Assembly: GCF_000011125.1 (NCBI RefSeq)
Contig: NC_000854.2
Coordinates: 90,001 to 122,000, forward strand
DNA from: Aeropyrum pernix K1
Lineage (GTDB): Archaea; Thermoproteota; Thermoprotei_A; Sulfolobales; Acidilobaceae
DNA: 32,000 bases
Direction of reading: 5' to 3'
Shown here: positions 24,493 to 32,000 of the stretch, piece by piece
Position numbering within the stretch: the stretch's first letter is position 1
Layout: every line of letters starts with the position of its first letter
Program-made: the position numbers and the translations under genes
Notes under the pieces: generated by a model
Database searches by the model: none
Told to the model about the DNA's origin: nothing
What the model saw: only the letters and a program-made list of their open reading frames with translations

Positions 24493-25857
24493 TTATTCAT
24501 GTGAAATCCTCCCAGGCTGCCCACGCACATAATCTTCTCTAGGGCAGCCAGGGGGAAGATTATTAAGTGACGCAATAGCTAGGGCAGCCCAAGGAGCGAG
24601 GGACGCAAGAGCGGTTATTACGTTCTCCACGCTGTATCCTCTCGTATCTCTGAAGGATCTAGATTTGAGGTCTATAGGCTCTATAGTGCTAGACTTGAGT
24701 ACGGTAGGCTTTAGGAATTCCACCCCTGGTGACAACTTCTCCGCCATAATAGAAGTAGTCCTGACTGATGCTTCCGACTCCGACGGCGAAGGGAGTAGAC
24801 GCGCGATATGTCTCTCCCCATCCCCTACAATACCAGTGCCAAAGCCTTCAATACCCATGGCCAGAGACCTGTAGCCCCCTAAATCTCCTACTAGGCTTGC
24901 GGCAAACCAGACCATTCCCTCTCCAGGCCACGCCCCTCTAAGACTATAAGGTTTAGTTAAACTTAAACGGCGGAGAGACGTGAGGTTGTAACTACTATCC
25001 CCTGCCTCCCCGAGCACACCTACATCGATTCCAGATCCAACATGCTCTAGTATGAAAGTAATTTCCCCCTCGGAACCTGCTGTAGCGGCGATCACTCTAA
25101 CAGTATGGCCGAAATCAAGGGTTACAGCCCTTCCTCCCTGCAGATCAACAATAAGCCCTTTGGTGTCTAGTGACCCGTAGGCGATGGTTCTTCCGCTTTG
25201 GCTGTAGACGCCTAATATCGATAGCTTTCCACTGGCTGCCGTCAAACGTATAAGTTCTACACCCTCGTCTCCGACTATCGCGATTAAACCGGGCGCTACT
25301 GGAACAGCATTCCCCCACGAGGGATGGTTGCGTGTATAATTTTGGGAGGGGTTGTAATGCCGGCTCAACTCCTCTTCAAGGCCTCTCAAGAAGAACATCT
25401 TGAAAGACCCTGCCCTGTGGTCGTAGATGACTAAGACTCCGGTTCCGTCGCCCCGTATGCTAGCCGCTATTGCACTCTCGCTGCTACAGGATAGCCCGGA
25501 GAAGGAGCCTCCTATGTATGCTGTTTCAGCCGAAGACCCGCCAGTGTAGACTGCCAGGTACGGCTCGGCCATTACGACTACAGCAGCTGTAAAGCCGTCT
25601 CCAGTACAAGCAGCTGCAACGCCGTATCCAGGTATCCTAGCGGCCTCACCGCCTATACTCATCTGCAGCCCGGAGAATAGTTCTACTATGTAAGCCCCCT
25701 CCGGTCTATAATATAGTATTGTCCTCTCCGCCAAGAAACCGTCCACAGTAGGCTCTAGGTCCACGAACCCTGCGGCAATAGAGGTTATTAGAAGCATAGC
25801 TACTATAACATGCCAAGCCCTTAAAGGTCCAGTATTACCCTTCTCGGCCATCGACAA
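24493..25857 (-). CDS. Hypothetical protein with N- and C-terminal membrane anchors and a Gly-rich beta-type ectodomain
   Basis: The N-terminal TM is WHVIVAMLLITSIAAGFV and the C-terminal hydrophobic segment is VITALASLAPWAALAIASL. The body has repeated short beta-strand/Gly turns (GDGTGVLVIY, GLIAIVGDEGVELI, GSGIDVGVLGEAG). I do not recognise a family. Confidence 0.45.
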   Translation of the reverse strand: MSMAEKGNTGPLRAWHVIVAMLLITSIAAGFVDLEPTVDGFLAERTILYYRPEGAYIVELFSGLQMSIGGEAARIPGYGVAAACTGDGFTAAVVVMAEPYLAVYTGGSSAETAYIGGSFSGLSCSSESAIAASIRGDGTGVLVIYDHRAGSFKMFFLRGLEEELSRHYNPSQNYTRNHPSWGNAVPVAPGLIAIVGDEGVELIRLTAASGKLSILGVYSQSGRTIAYGSLDTKGLIVDLQGGRAVTLDFGHTVRVIAATAGSEGEITFILEHVGSGIDVGVLGEAGDSSYNLTSLRRLSLTKPYSLRGAWPGEGMVWFAASLVGDLGGYRSLAMGIEGFGTGIVGDGERHIARLLPSPSESEASVRTTSIMAEKLSPGVEFLKPTVLKSSTIEPIDLKSRSFRDTRGYSVENVITALASLAPWAALAIASLNNLPPGCPREDYVRGQPGRISHE

Positions 25858-25927
25858 TCAACCCCCTCGGCGATAGGAAACTGTTCTAGCCTTTACCATG
25901 GGCGCTTTTGCTACATAACACTCAATG

Positions 25928-26458
25928 CTAGTTGAAGGCTTCGCCGACATATTCTAGCTCACCTCTCCCAACAGCTATCTTCCCTTCAGGAGTTAATACA
26001 GCTACAACACCCCTAACCTTATAGCCTGTTCCGTCTTCCCGGAATTCAACATCCTCGATTTGCAACGGAGCAGCGCAAACGAACCCTGGGCCCGATAATC
26101 CTGGGTCTCTCGTGTCTATGACCTCATCAAGCCGTGCTCTAGTGAATCTTTTATATGGGGGGCTGTAGCATAAAAGCCTCTCTCCCTCCCACCACAGGAG
26201 CGCCTCCCCTAGCCTATAGCATGATACACCGTCTCTACCCTCCTCTATCATGCTAACCGCTCTAGACATGTCAGCCATATCCCTATATACAACCCATAGA
26301 CCCACCAATGTTGCTACAAAAATCGAGCCTGCCACTAAGAGTCCACTTCCAGGTCCAAGGTAGTAAGTCAACGTTACAAGAAGAGCTGTAACAACAATAT
26401 CAGACACGGCCAGACCAACGAGGGAAGCCTTGTAGAGTAGGCTACATTTGGCTGCCAA
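25928..26458 (-). CDS. Hypothetical membrane protein (two N-terminal TM helices plus a soluble domain of about 110 aa)
   Basis: The TM pair is LVGLAVSDIVVTALLVTLTYYL / LLVAGSIFVATLVGLWVVY. The architecture is reminiscent of membrane-flanked bacterial-PH (DUF304-like) proteins, which is speculative. It has a TTG start. Confidence 0.4.
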   Translation of the reverse strand: MAAKCSLLYKASLVGLAVSDIVVTALLVTLTYYLGPGSGLLVAGSIFVATLVGLWVVYRDMADMSRAVSMIEEGRDGVSCYRLGEALLWWEGERLLCYSPPYKRFTRARLDEVIDTRDPGLSGPGFVCAAPLQIEDVEFREDGTGYKVRGVVAVLTPEGKIAVGRGELEYVGEAFN

Positions 26459-26471
26459 ATCCTATCGCCTC

Positions 26472-27632
26472 TCAGGTTGAGAGAAGGATCCATGCTACTA
26501 CAGATAAGGAAACAACGCCTAGAAGGTCGACGAGGCTGGTGGCGAGGGGCATGGCTATAGCGTCAGGGTCAAGGCCAGCCCTTATGGAAACTACCACTAG
26601 AAGCCAAGCTATTAACGAGCCAAGTATAGACAGCACTATGGAGACAAGCAGGGAGGCTAATACAATCTGGGGCCCCACACTACCTTCGCCCACGGAGGCA
26701 AGTACATATCCGATAACGCCTATGTACAGAGCTGAAGGTATCGCACCCACTGTAATTTTGAACAATGTTGAAATCATAGAAGGTAGGTCAAGGTAGTGGC
26801 CATAGAGTGACACGGAGGTTGTGGCGGCAGACGCCATGCTCCCTGCAACGGAGCCAGCTAGTTTGTTAAGAGGAGGTAGCACTGGCAACAGCCCCGTAGC
26901 GGCAAGGACAGGGGCTGTAGCGCTAAGTAATACACCGGCTATCATTTCAACAACCTGTAAAGCGAAATTGCTGAATGTAGTGTCTATCGTTAGCCTAAAG
27001 TCATATGCAGCCGCAGAAAAAGCTAAAGCTAGCGAAAAAGTAACTACTGCCACTAGATAAATACCTTCGTCCATGCGCGATACCATAGAGAATGCTACAA
27101 TAGCTAAGATGAGAACGGCCATGTCAATAATGCTCGTTAGGATGGCGGGCATCACGTTATCCGGGGAAACGCCCAATCTTAGGAGCATCACAATAATGAT
27201 CCAGGTTAGAAGTGTCAATACTAGTAAGACACCCAACAATGTTATGAGAGCGGCTGGAACCATCATAACAGGCTCAAGACCAAGTGCTATCGAAGTAGCT
27301 GTGGAGAAAACGGTGGTTAAAAAGATGCCGGATGCAGCCGAAACCGCCAAACCAGTTAAATAAACCTCTGGTCCCGCGCCTCCTAGTACATGGTTGCTTA
27401 TAGCCCTGCTTGATAGGGACAGCAGGAGGCCTCCCGTCAACGCCGATAACTGTGGATATAGGGCGAGGAGGCCTCTCTGGCCCACGAGATAGTTTGAAAA
27501 CATAGATATAACTACCATGTTTATGGTGTCGAATAGGTTGCCCGCTAGTAGCCCGCCAGCCACCTCTAAGCTATCCCTATAGCCCCTCAGCCTCCGCCAT
27601 GCTGCAAGCGCGAAACTTAATACCGACGACAA
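26472..27632 (-). CDS. Membrane permease with two MgtE-like divalent-cation transporter repeats (COG1824-like)
   Basis: Two internally repeated modules each end in the MgtE-type motif: GVSPDNVMPAILTSIIDMAVLIL and GLDPDAIAMPLATSLVDLLGVVSL. Confidence 0.6.
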   Translation of the reverse strand: MSSVLSFALAAWRRLRGYRDSLEVAGGLLAGNLFDTINMVVISMFSNYLVGQRGLLALYPQLSALTGGLLLSLSSRAISNHVLGGAGPEVYLTGLAVSAASGIFLTTVFSTATSIALGLEPVMMVPAALITLLGVLLVLTLLTWIIIVMLLRLGVSPDNVMPAILTSIIDMAVLILAIVAFSMVSRMDEGIYLVAVVTFSLALAFSAAAYDFRLTIDTTFSNFALQVVEMIAGVLLSATAPVLAATGLLPVLPPLNKLAGSVAGSMASAATTSVSLYGHYLDLPSMISTLFKITVGAIPSALYIGVIGYVLASVGEGSVGPQIVLASLLVSIVLSILGSLIAWLLVVVSIRAGLDPDAIAMPLATSLVDLLGVVSLSVVAWILLST

Positions 27633-27704
27633 CCCCTACGCCCCACCCGCCACCATATTATCCTAGAGCAACGTGTGATCGAACCCCCAGGAGGGGATTG
27701 GTTC

Positions 27705-28445
27705 CTACCGCTTGTATAGCCGGAGAGCCTCCCTTAACATGGGTATCTCCCTTAGCTTTTCCGGCGTGACCTTCTCCGGCAGTATACCAGGAGGCCTGGC
27801 CCCCCTGTTTTCTGCATGAATTAATCTAGTGGGTGTTGATATTATGTCTACGGATACGTCGTGCTCCTCCTGAGGCAACCTGTGGGGCAGTACCTGGAGG
27901 TCGTGGACTGTAGTGGCTATTGCTACTTCCCTATCAAGTATCCCTGCTTCCACAAGTATTGCGAACTCAAGGTCACCGTAGCCCTCGCCCTTTCCAAGCC
28001 TTTCACCCCATCGATTTACAGCCACACTCCCCTCCACTACAAAATCTATCTTTTCAACATGCTGGACTAAATCTTGAATGCTGGCGAGTGGTCGTGCCAG
28101 GCGGAATGCCCCCTTTATTGTTGAGCCAACCCTGTAGAGGTTCCTGGGGATAGTTGAGGGGTCTAGTAGGAGGAAGCCGCTCCTCAGTCTGGGTGTCGGC
28201 ATTAGAAGCAGTTTCCCCTCCTCGAGGGCCCTCAGCCTAACCCATCTCTGAGGCGAGTCCGGGTTTACCTTGATAGTAGAAGAATTCTGCCACTCGCGAA
28301 GGCTAAAAAGCCTTAGGGCAGCTTCCCTGGCTCCTCTAAAGTTTGGGATCCTCCCCCAAGCTCCAGGCGGAAGAGTTACACCCTTTTCTTCGAGGAGCCT
28401 CCATACCCTCTCCCTTATAGCCTGCTTCTCATTACTCCTATCCAT
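27705..28445 (-). CDS. 5-formyltetrahydrofolate cyclo-ligase family protein
   Basis: KQAIRERVWRLLEEKGV...GRIPNFRGAREAALRL...IKVNPDSPQ...LEEGKLLLMPTPRL...GEGYGDLEFA is the COG0212-type pattern. Confidence 0.7.
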   Translation of the reverse strand: MDRSNEKQAIRERVWRLLEEKGVTLPPGAWGRIPNFRGAREAALRLFSLREWQNSSTIKVNPDSPQRWVRLRALEEGKLLLMPTPRLRSGFLLLDPSTIPRNLYRVGSTIKGAFRLARPLASIQDLVQHVEKIDFVVEGSVAVNRWGERLGKGEGYGDLEFAILVEAGILDREVAIATTVHDLQVLPHRLPQEEHDVSVDIISTPTRLIHAENRGARPPGILPEKVTPEKLREIPMLREALRLYKR

Positions 28446-29157
28446 ACCTCTTCACCCTTCTGGCAACTCTCTCCAGCGCCGCGTCGTCTCCCGGGGCTGA
28501 GACGAGGACGCCGTCAACAAGTCTGCCTGAAACCATCTTCTCAGCTAGATCGAGGACCTCATTTTCGGTGTACATGGCTGACGTTATCTTCCCCTGCATT
28601 AATCTTACGCTTTTCTCTGTTGCTATGACGAGGTAGGCTATAACCTCCCCTGCATAAGCCTGCCTAATCTTCTCTAGCTTCCACAGGTAGTGCTTCGAGG
28701 AATTCAGCACTAGGACGAAGTCCGGGTTTAATCTTAGCCTTTCAAACATTTCCTGAACGCTTCTCCTCAGGCTTAATATGAATCCTAGCTTCACGCCAAA
28801 CCTTTCTCTGTATCTAGCCGCTATTTCGTAAGCCTCCTCAGGCTTCAGCCCAACCTCCCGCCCAAGGGGATCGCCTCGGAGCAGGACTATGTTTGATACG
28901 CCCAGGGATGATAGCGTTTTGACAATGGCTTTCAGGCTGTGAACGCTATAGTCTACCGTCCTAATGTGCGCAACAATACGCTCTCCCCCAACCCTGCAGG
29001 ATAGGTATGACGCCGCTATGGGGGAGGAGAAGGCCACGCCCACAGGCTGGTCGGGTATATCTATCTTGTCGGCGAAGCTAAGGTACTTCAACGCTTTGGC
29101 AGCCATCTCTAGGCCGTAGACTGGCTTTAGCTCCACCCACACCTCCACAGAGGTCAC
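28438..29157 (-). CDS. Short methylenetetrahydrofolate reductase (MetF/MTHFR)-like TIM-barrel protein
   Basis: By eye alignment to E. coli MetF, VWVELKPV aligns with FSFEFFPP. ADKIDIPDQPVG aligns with the FVSVTYGA region, and AHIRTVDYSVHSLKAIVKTLSSLGVSNIVLLRGDP aligns with PHLTC...NGIRHIVALRGD. It is only 239 aa, shorter than canonical MetF. Confidence 0.5.
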   Translation of the reverse strand: MTSVEVWVELKPVYGLEMAAKALKYLSFADKIDIPDQPVGVAFSSPIAASYLSCRVGGERIVAHIRTVDYSVHSLKAIVKTLSSLGVSNIVLLRGDPLGREVGLKPEEAYEIAARYRERFGVKLGFILSLRRSVQEMFERLRLNPDFVLVLNSSKHYLWKLEKIRQAYAGEVIAYLVIATEKSVRLMQGKITSAMYTENEVLDLAEKMVSGRLVDGVLVSAPGDDAALERVARRVKRYG

Positions 29158-29247
29158 CCCACTGATCCTTTGCGCCGTCTATGTTAGCACTTTGAAGTCG
29201 CTCGATAGCGCGGGCTTGCACCTATATAGACGTCGTTTAAGACACCT

Positions 29248-30117
29248 TTAAATCCCGAGGGTACCCAGGGCGAAGGCTATCAGGCCTATAAGCATATAAC
29301 CTAGAACCCTATTCTTGTGGGCCAGGACATTCTCCCTAGTCGGCCGCTTTACTATAAGCAAAGCTTCTCTCAGAACAAGTAGCGTTAACAGGAGTATGAA
29401 TGGGGTGTATATGAGAGGATCGACGTAGCCGTAGATCAGGGGTATGTAGCCGAGGGCCGCCGAGGCTAGGTAGAGGGCTGAGGCTACAGCTGCCGCGGTC
29501 TTCTTACCGAACACCACGGCCACAGTCCTTACACCAGCAGCCTTGTCTCCCTCAACGTCTGGCACCCCTTTCGCCACCTCCCTCCCCAGCACTGCTAAGA
29601 AAACCATTGTCGAGAACACGGACATCGGCCCTCCTAGGCCGCCGGCCTCTAGTGAAGCGTACATGAAAGGTGCTGATACAAGGGCGGCCACCACTATGTT
29701 TCCCGGGAGGCCTGTCCTCTTGAGTAGAGTATTATACAGGAGGGAAAGTGCTAGGCCTCCTAGGTAGAATGCTGTTGTGATTAAATCTACAGAGATTGCT
29801 GCTAGGAATCCTAGAGCAGCCAAGAATATCGATAATATGGTCGCTTCTACAGTGGAAACCTTACCAGCAGGAAGTGGCCTGTGGGGCGCGTTTATCCTGT
29901 CTATCTCGAGATCTATTATGTCGTTGGTGATCATGGCGACCGAGGAGAGGCAGTAGCCTGCAACCACTACCGCCATTAGATCTATGGGTGTGAACCCTTG
30001 GAACGACCACCTTGAGGCTATACCTAATGAAAGGATTATTGCAAGACTGACCATTAGCGAGTTTACCGGCCTAGTTATCTCGATAGCAGCCTTCACCTTT
30101 TCCCGGGCACTCGCCAA
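29248..30117 (-). CDS. UbiA-superfamily prenyltransferase, most likely the archaeal di-O-prenylglyceryl phosphate (DGGGP-type) synthase
   Basis: It has about 8-9 TM helices, the first Asp-rich motif NDIIDLEIDRINAPHRPLPAG, and a second motif region VPDVEGDKAAGVRTVAV. Its size of 289 aa is typical of DGGGP synthases. Confidence 0.75.
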   Translation of the reverse strand: MASAREKVKAAIEITRPVNSLMVSLAIILSLGIASRWSFQGFTPIDLMAVVVAGYCLSSVAMITNDIIDLEIDRINAPHRPLPAGKVSTVEATILSIFLAALGFLAAISVDLITTAFYLGGLALSLLYNTLLKRTGLPGNIVVAALVSAPFMYASLEAGGLGGPMSVFSTMVFLAVLGREVAKGVPDVEGDKAAGVRTVAVVFGKKTAAAVASALYLASAALGYIPLIYGYVDPLIYTPFILLLTLLVLREALLIVKRPTRENVLAHKNRVLGYMLIGLIAFALGTLGI

Positions 30118-30169
30118 TCTAGGCCCCAGAGAATGTGGAGCCCTCGGTTAGAAGCTTTTACTATTTTAG

Positions 30170-31858
30170 ATGCTAACCCGATCAATGGTATTGGTAAATG
30201 AAGCGTGGTGGGTGGAGCCGTTGCCCGTACACTGGGTCGATAAGCTTGTTGCGGAGTTAGAGGCGAAGCTCCAGAATAGGGGTAAGGACGAGTATATCTT
30301 CAACGGCGGTCTAAGCGTTAGCGGGCTCCAGCACATAGGGAGGCTAAGGGGCGAGGTCCTCCTTGGGGAGGCAGTCAGGAGAGAGCTTGAGAAGAGAGGC
30401 TTCAGAGTTAAGCAGCTTCTAACACTGTACACAGTAGATCCCTGGAAAGGGAAGGATGAACAGAGGAGGGAATTCCCCGATCCGAAGGCTGCAGAGAGAT
30501 ATGTGGGCTGGCCTCTTGATAGGGTGCCAGATCCTAAGGGCTGCCATGCTAGCTGGGTCGACCACTTCTGGAGCGACTTCGGGCCATATATAGGAGTCTT
30601 TACCGACGGCAAGATAGAGGTGGTTACAACACGAGAATTGTACAAGGGCAGGCTGAAAGAATTCATAACCACCATGGTGCTGCCCCGCAGGGATGAAATA
30701 AGGAGGGTTATAAACAAGTATAGGGGGCGTAAGCCCTACCAGGAGGGGTGGATACCCCTCGAGCCGCGGTGTGCACGCTGCGGCAGGATAGACTCAACCG
30801 AGGCTCTAGAGATTCTAGGGGGAGAGAGGGTTAGGTACAGGTGCAGCTACTGCGGCTACCAAGGTGAGTCGAGCATTGAGGATTCTAAGCTAAACTGGAG
30901 GATAGAGTGGGCTGGCGTCTGGTGGAGCCTCGGAGTCGATTTCGAACCCTACGGTAAGGACCACGCAACACCCGGCGGAAGCAGGGATAGCGCAGCCGAG
31001 CTGGCCAGGCTTCTGGGGTTCGAGCCGCCGGAGGGTGTGTGGTACGAGTGGGTATCCCTTAGGGCTGGGGGTAGAGAGGCTGACATGAGCAGCAGCGGCT
31101 TCACGGGAATAACTCCCCGGGAGTGGCTTGACATAGCACACCCCCAGATCCTAAGGTTCATATACTTTCTGCATCCGCCGACTAGGCGGGTAGTAGTCGA
31201 CCTGTCAGAGATCCCAAGCTATTATAGCCAGTACTATAGGGCTGAGAGGATATACTTCGGCATAGAGGAGGCCTCTACGGTTGAGGAGACGAGATACCTA
31301 GCTAGGACCTACGAGCTTAGCCATCCCTCGAACCCCCCCGCGAAGCCTCCCTCACAGATCCCATACAGCCACGCAGCAATAGTTGCGCAGGTGGTCGGCC
31401 CTGAAAGGCTGTGGACCGATGGTCTCGAGAGGCTTAAGAGGGCAGGCCTTCTGGGCCATGACGAGTATAGCATCCGGTGGGCAAAAGAGCTACTCGAAAA
31501 GGCCTACAAATGGGCTAGGAGATATGCGCCTAAGCACCTAAAGTTCGAGATACCTGACTCGCCTCCCGAGGATGCATTAAGGAGGATAGAAAAGCCCGAC
31601 TTGCTTGAGAAGCTGGCGGAGGTCCTCGAGAGTGTTGAGGAGTGGAGTGAGGAAAGGATAAAGCAGGCCTTAGTGGAGTTTGGTGAGGGCATGAGTAGTA
31701 GTGAGAGGAGAAGGTTCTACAGGGACTTCTACCTAGCCATCGTAGGGAGGCCGGAGGGGCCCAGGGCGGCCCCTCTACTGAGTCTTATGGATCGCGGATT
31801 CGTTGTTGACAGGCTCAGGAAGGCGGCTAACCTGTCGAGGGAGCTAAAAGGTAGGTAA
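30170..31858 (+). CDS. lysK: Class I lysyl-tRNA synthetase
   Basis: It has the HIGH-type motif SGLQHIGRLRGE, a Cys4 insertion (CARCGRI...CSYCGY), GKDH, and the KMSKS-type motif ADMSSSGFTGITP. Length and order fit archaeal LysRS-I. The start may be the Met at 30185. Confidence 0.85.
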   Translation: MLTRSMVLVNEAWWVEPLPVHWVDKLVAELEAKLQNRGKDEYIFNGGLSVSGLQHIGRLRGEVLLGEAVRRELEKRGFRVKQLLTLYTVDPWKGKDEQRREFPDPKAAERYVGWPLDRVPDPKGCHASWVDHFWSDFGPYIGVFTDGKIEVVTTRELYKGRLKEFITTMVLPRRDEIRRVINKYRGRKPYQEGWIPLEPRCARCGRIDSTEALEILGGERVRYRCSYCGYQGESSIEDSKLNWRIEWAGVWWSLGVDFEPYGKDHATPGGSRDSAAELARLLGFEPPEGVWYEWVSLRAGGREADMSSSGFTGITPREWLDIAHPQILRFIYFLHPPTRRVVVDLSEIPSYYSQYYRAERIYFGIEEASTVEETRYLARTYELSHPSNPPAKPPSQIPYSHAAIVAQVVGPERLWTDGLERLKRAGLLGHDEYSIRWAKELLEKAYKWARRYAPKHLKFEIPDSPPEDALRRIEKPDLLEKLAEVLESVEEWSEERIKQALVEFGEGMSSSERRRFYRDFYLAIVGRPEGPRAAPLLSLMDRGFVVDRLRKAANLSRELKGR

Positions 31859-32000
31859 CCCTACTGCCGTCCGGCGACTTGAACACCATCTTCAAAGGCT
31901 TGTCGGTGGAGAACGACAGCTCTATGCTCTCAGCTATCTTAGCCACACCAAGCATCCTCTTCAAGTAGCCCACGTCGTACCTGCTTGTGGCCGGCTCCTT
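31827..32000 (-). CDS. pcn: PCNA (DNA polymerase sliding clamp), C-terminal 57 codons only; the gene continues beyond the right edge
   Basis: This is not in the ORF track because there is no start in the window. The minus-strand frame from 32000 reads KEPATSRYDVGYLKRMLGVAKIAESIELSFSTDKPLKMVFKSPDGSRVTYLLAPSTG-stop. The xYLxxxxK...DxPLxxxF...YLLAP pattern is the conserved PCNA C-terminus. The stop is at 31827-31829, inside the lysK 3' end. Confidence 0.65.
   Translation of the reverse strand, partial: KEPATSRYDVGYLKRMLGVAKIAESIELSFSTDKPLKMVFKSPDGSRVTYLLAPSTG

Noticed and set aside
30938-30949. A tRNA T-loop-like sequence (GGGTTCGAAATC on the minus strand).
   Set aside because: It lies inside the well-supported lysK reading frame (LGVDFEPYGKDH). 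No acceptor, D or anticodon arms can be built around it.
1-32000. CRISPR arrays, insertion sequences, integrases, prophage or plasmid genes, toxin-antitoxin pairs, and rRNA/tRNA genes.
   Set aside because: I scanned both strands for regularly spaced repeats, terminal inverted repeats and transposase/integrase-like ORFs and found none. The only repeats are the short tandem duplications reported above.

Overview
This is a dense, GC-rich, apparently intron-free stretch of archaeal core chromosome. I see no rRNA, tRNA, CRISPR array, transposase or integrase. I support about 35 protein-coding genes, many joined by very short gaps or start/stop overlaps, which suggests operons. Non-ATG starts (GTG, TTG) are common. 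The Orc1/Cdc6 protein at 22105-23343 matches, from memory, the crystallised ORC2 of the hyperthermophilic crenarchaeon Aeropyrum pernix. The Cdv cell-division genes, archaemetzincin, archease, class I LysRS and a UbiA-type ether-lipid prenyltransferase fit that lineage, so I think this is A. pernix or a close relative. Content from left to right: a 5'-partial A24-like peptidase; a HIT/DHH phosphoesterase pair; a five-gene membrane-associated MoxR AAA+/DUF58/DUF4129/DUF4350 cluster; etfBA; a putative cation transporter; gamma-glutamyltranspeptidase; a tandem USP; an RlmI-like methyltransferase; a DtxR-like regulator; divergent cdvB/cdvA; proC; archaemetzincin; archease; endonuclease III; orc1/cdc6 plus a small wHTH gene; a TrmB regulator downstream of three uncharacterised membrane genes; a 5-FCL/MTHFR-like pair; a UbiA prenyltransferase; class I LysRS; and a PCNA 3' fragment at the right edge that the ORF track misses. 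The items most worth a second look are: (a) the uncharacterised MoxR-centred five-gene membrane cluster, including an internal codon-usage island; (b) a 250-bp AT-rich region between convergent genes, with a strong TATA-like element and repeated motifs, which may encode an ncRNA; (c) the cdvA/cdvB locus, which has no adjacent cdvC and a short CdvB; (d) the TrmB-linked trio of unknown membrane or secreted proteins. All functional calls come from reading motifs by eye. No database search was run.
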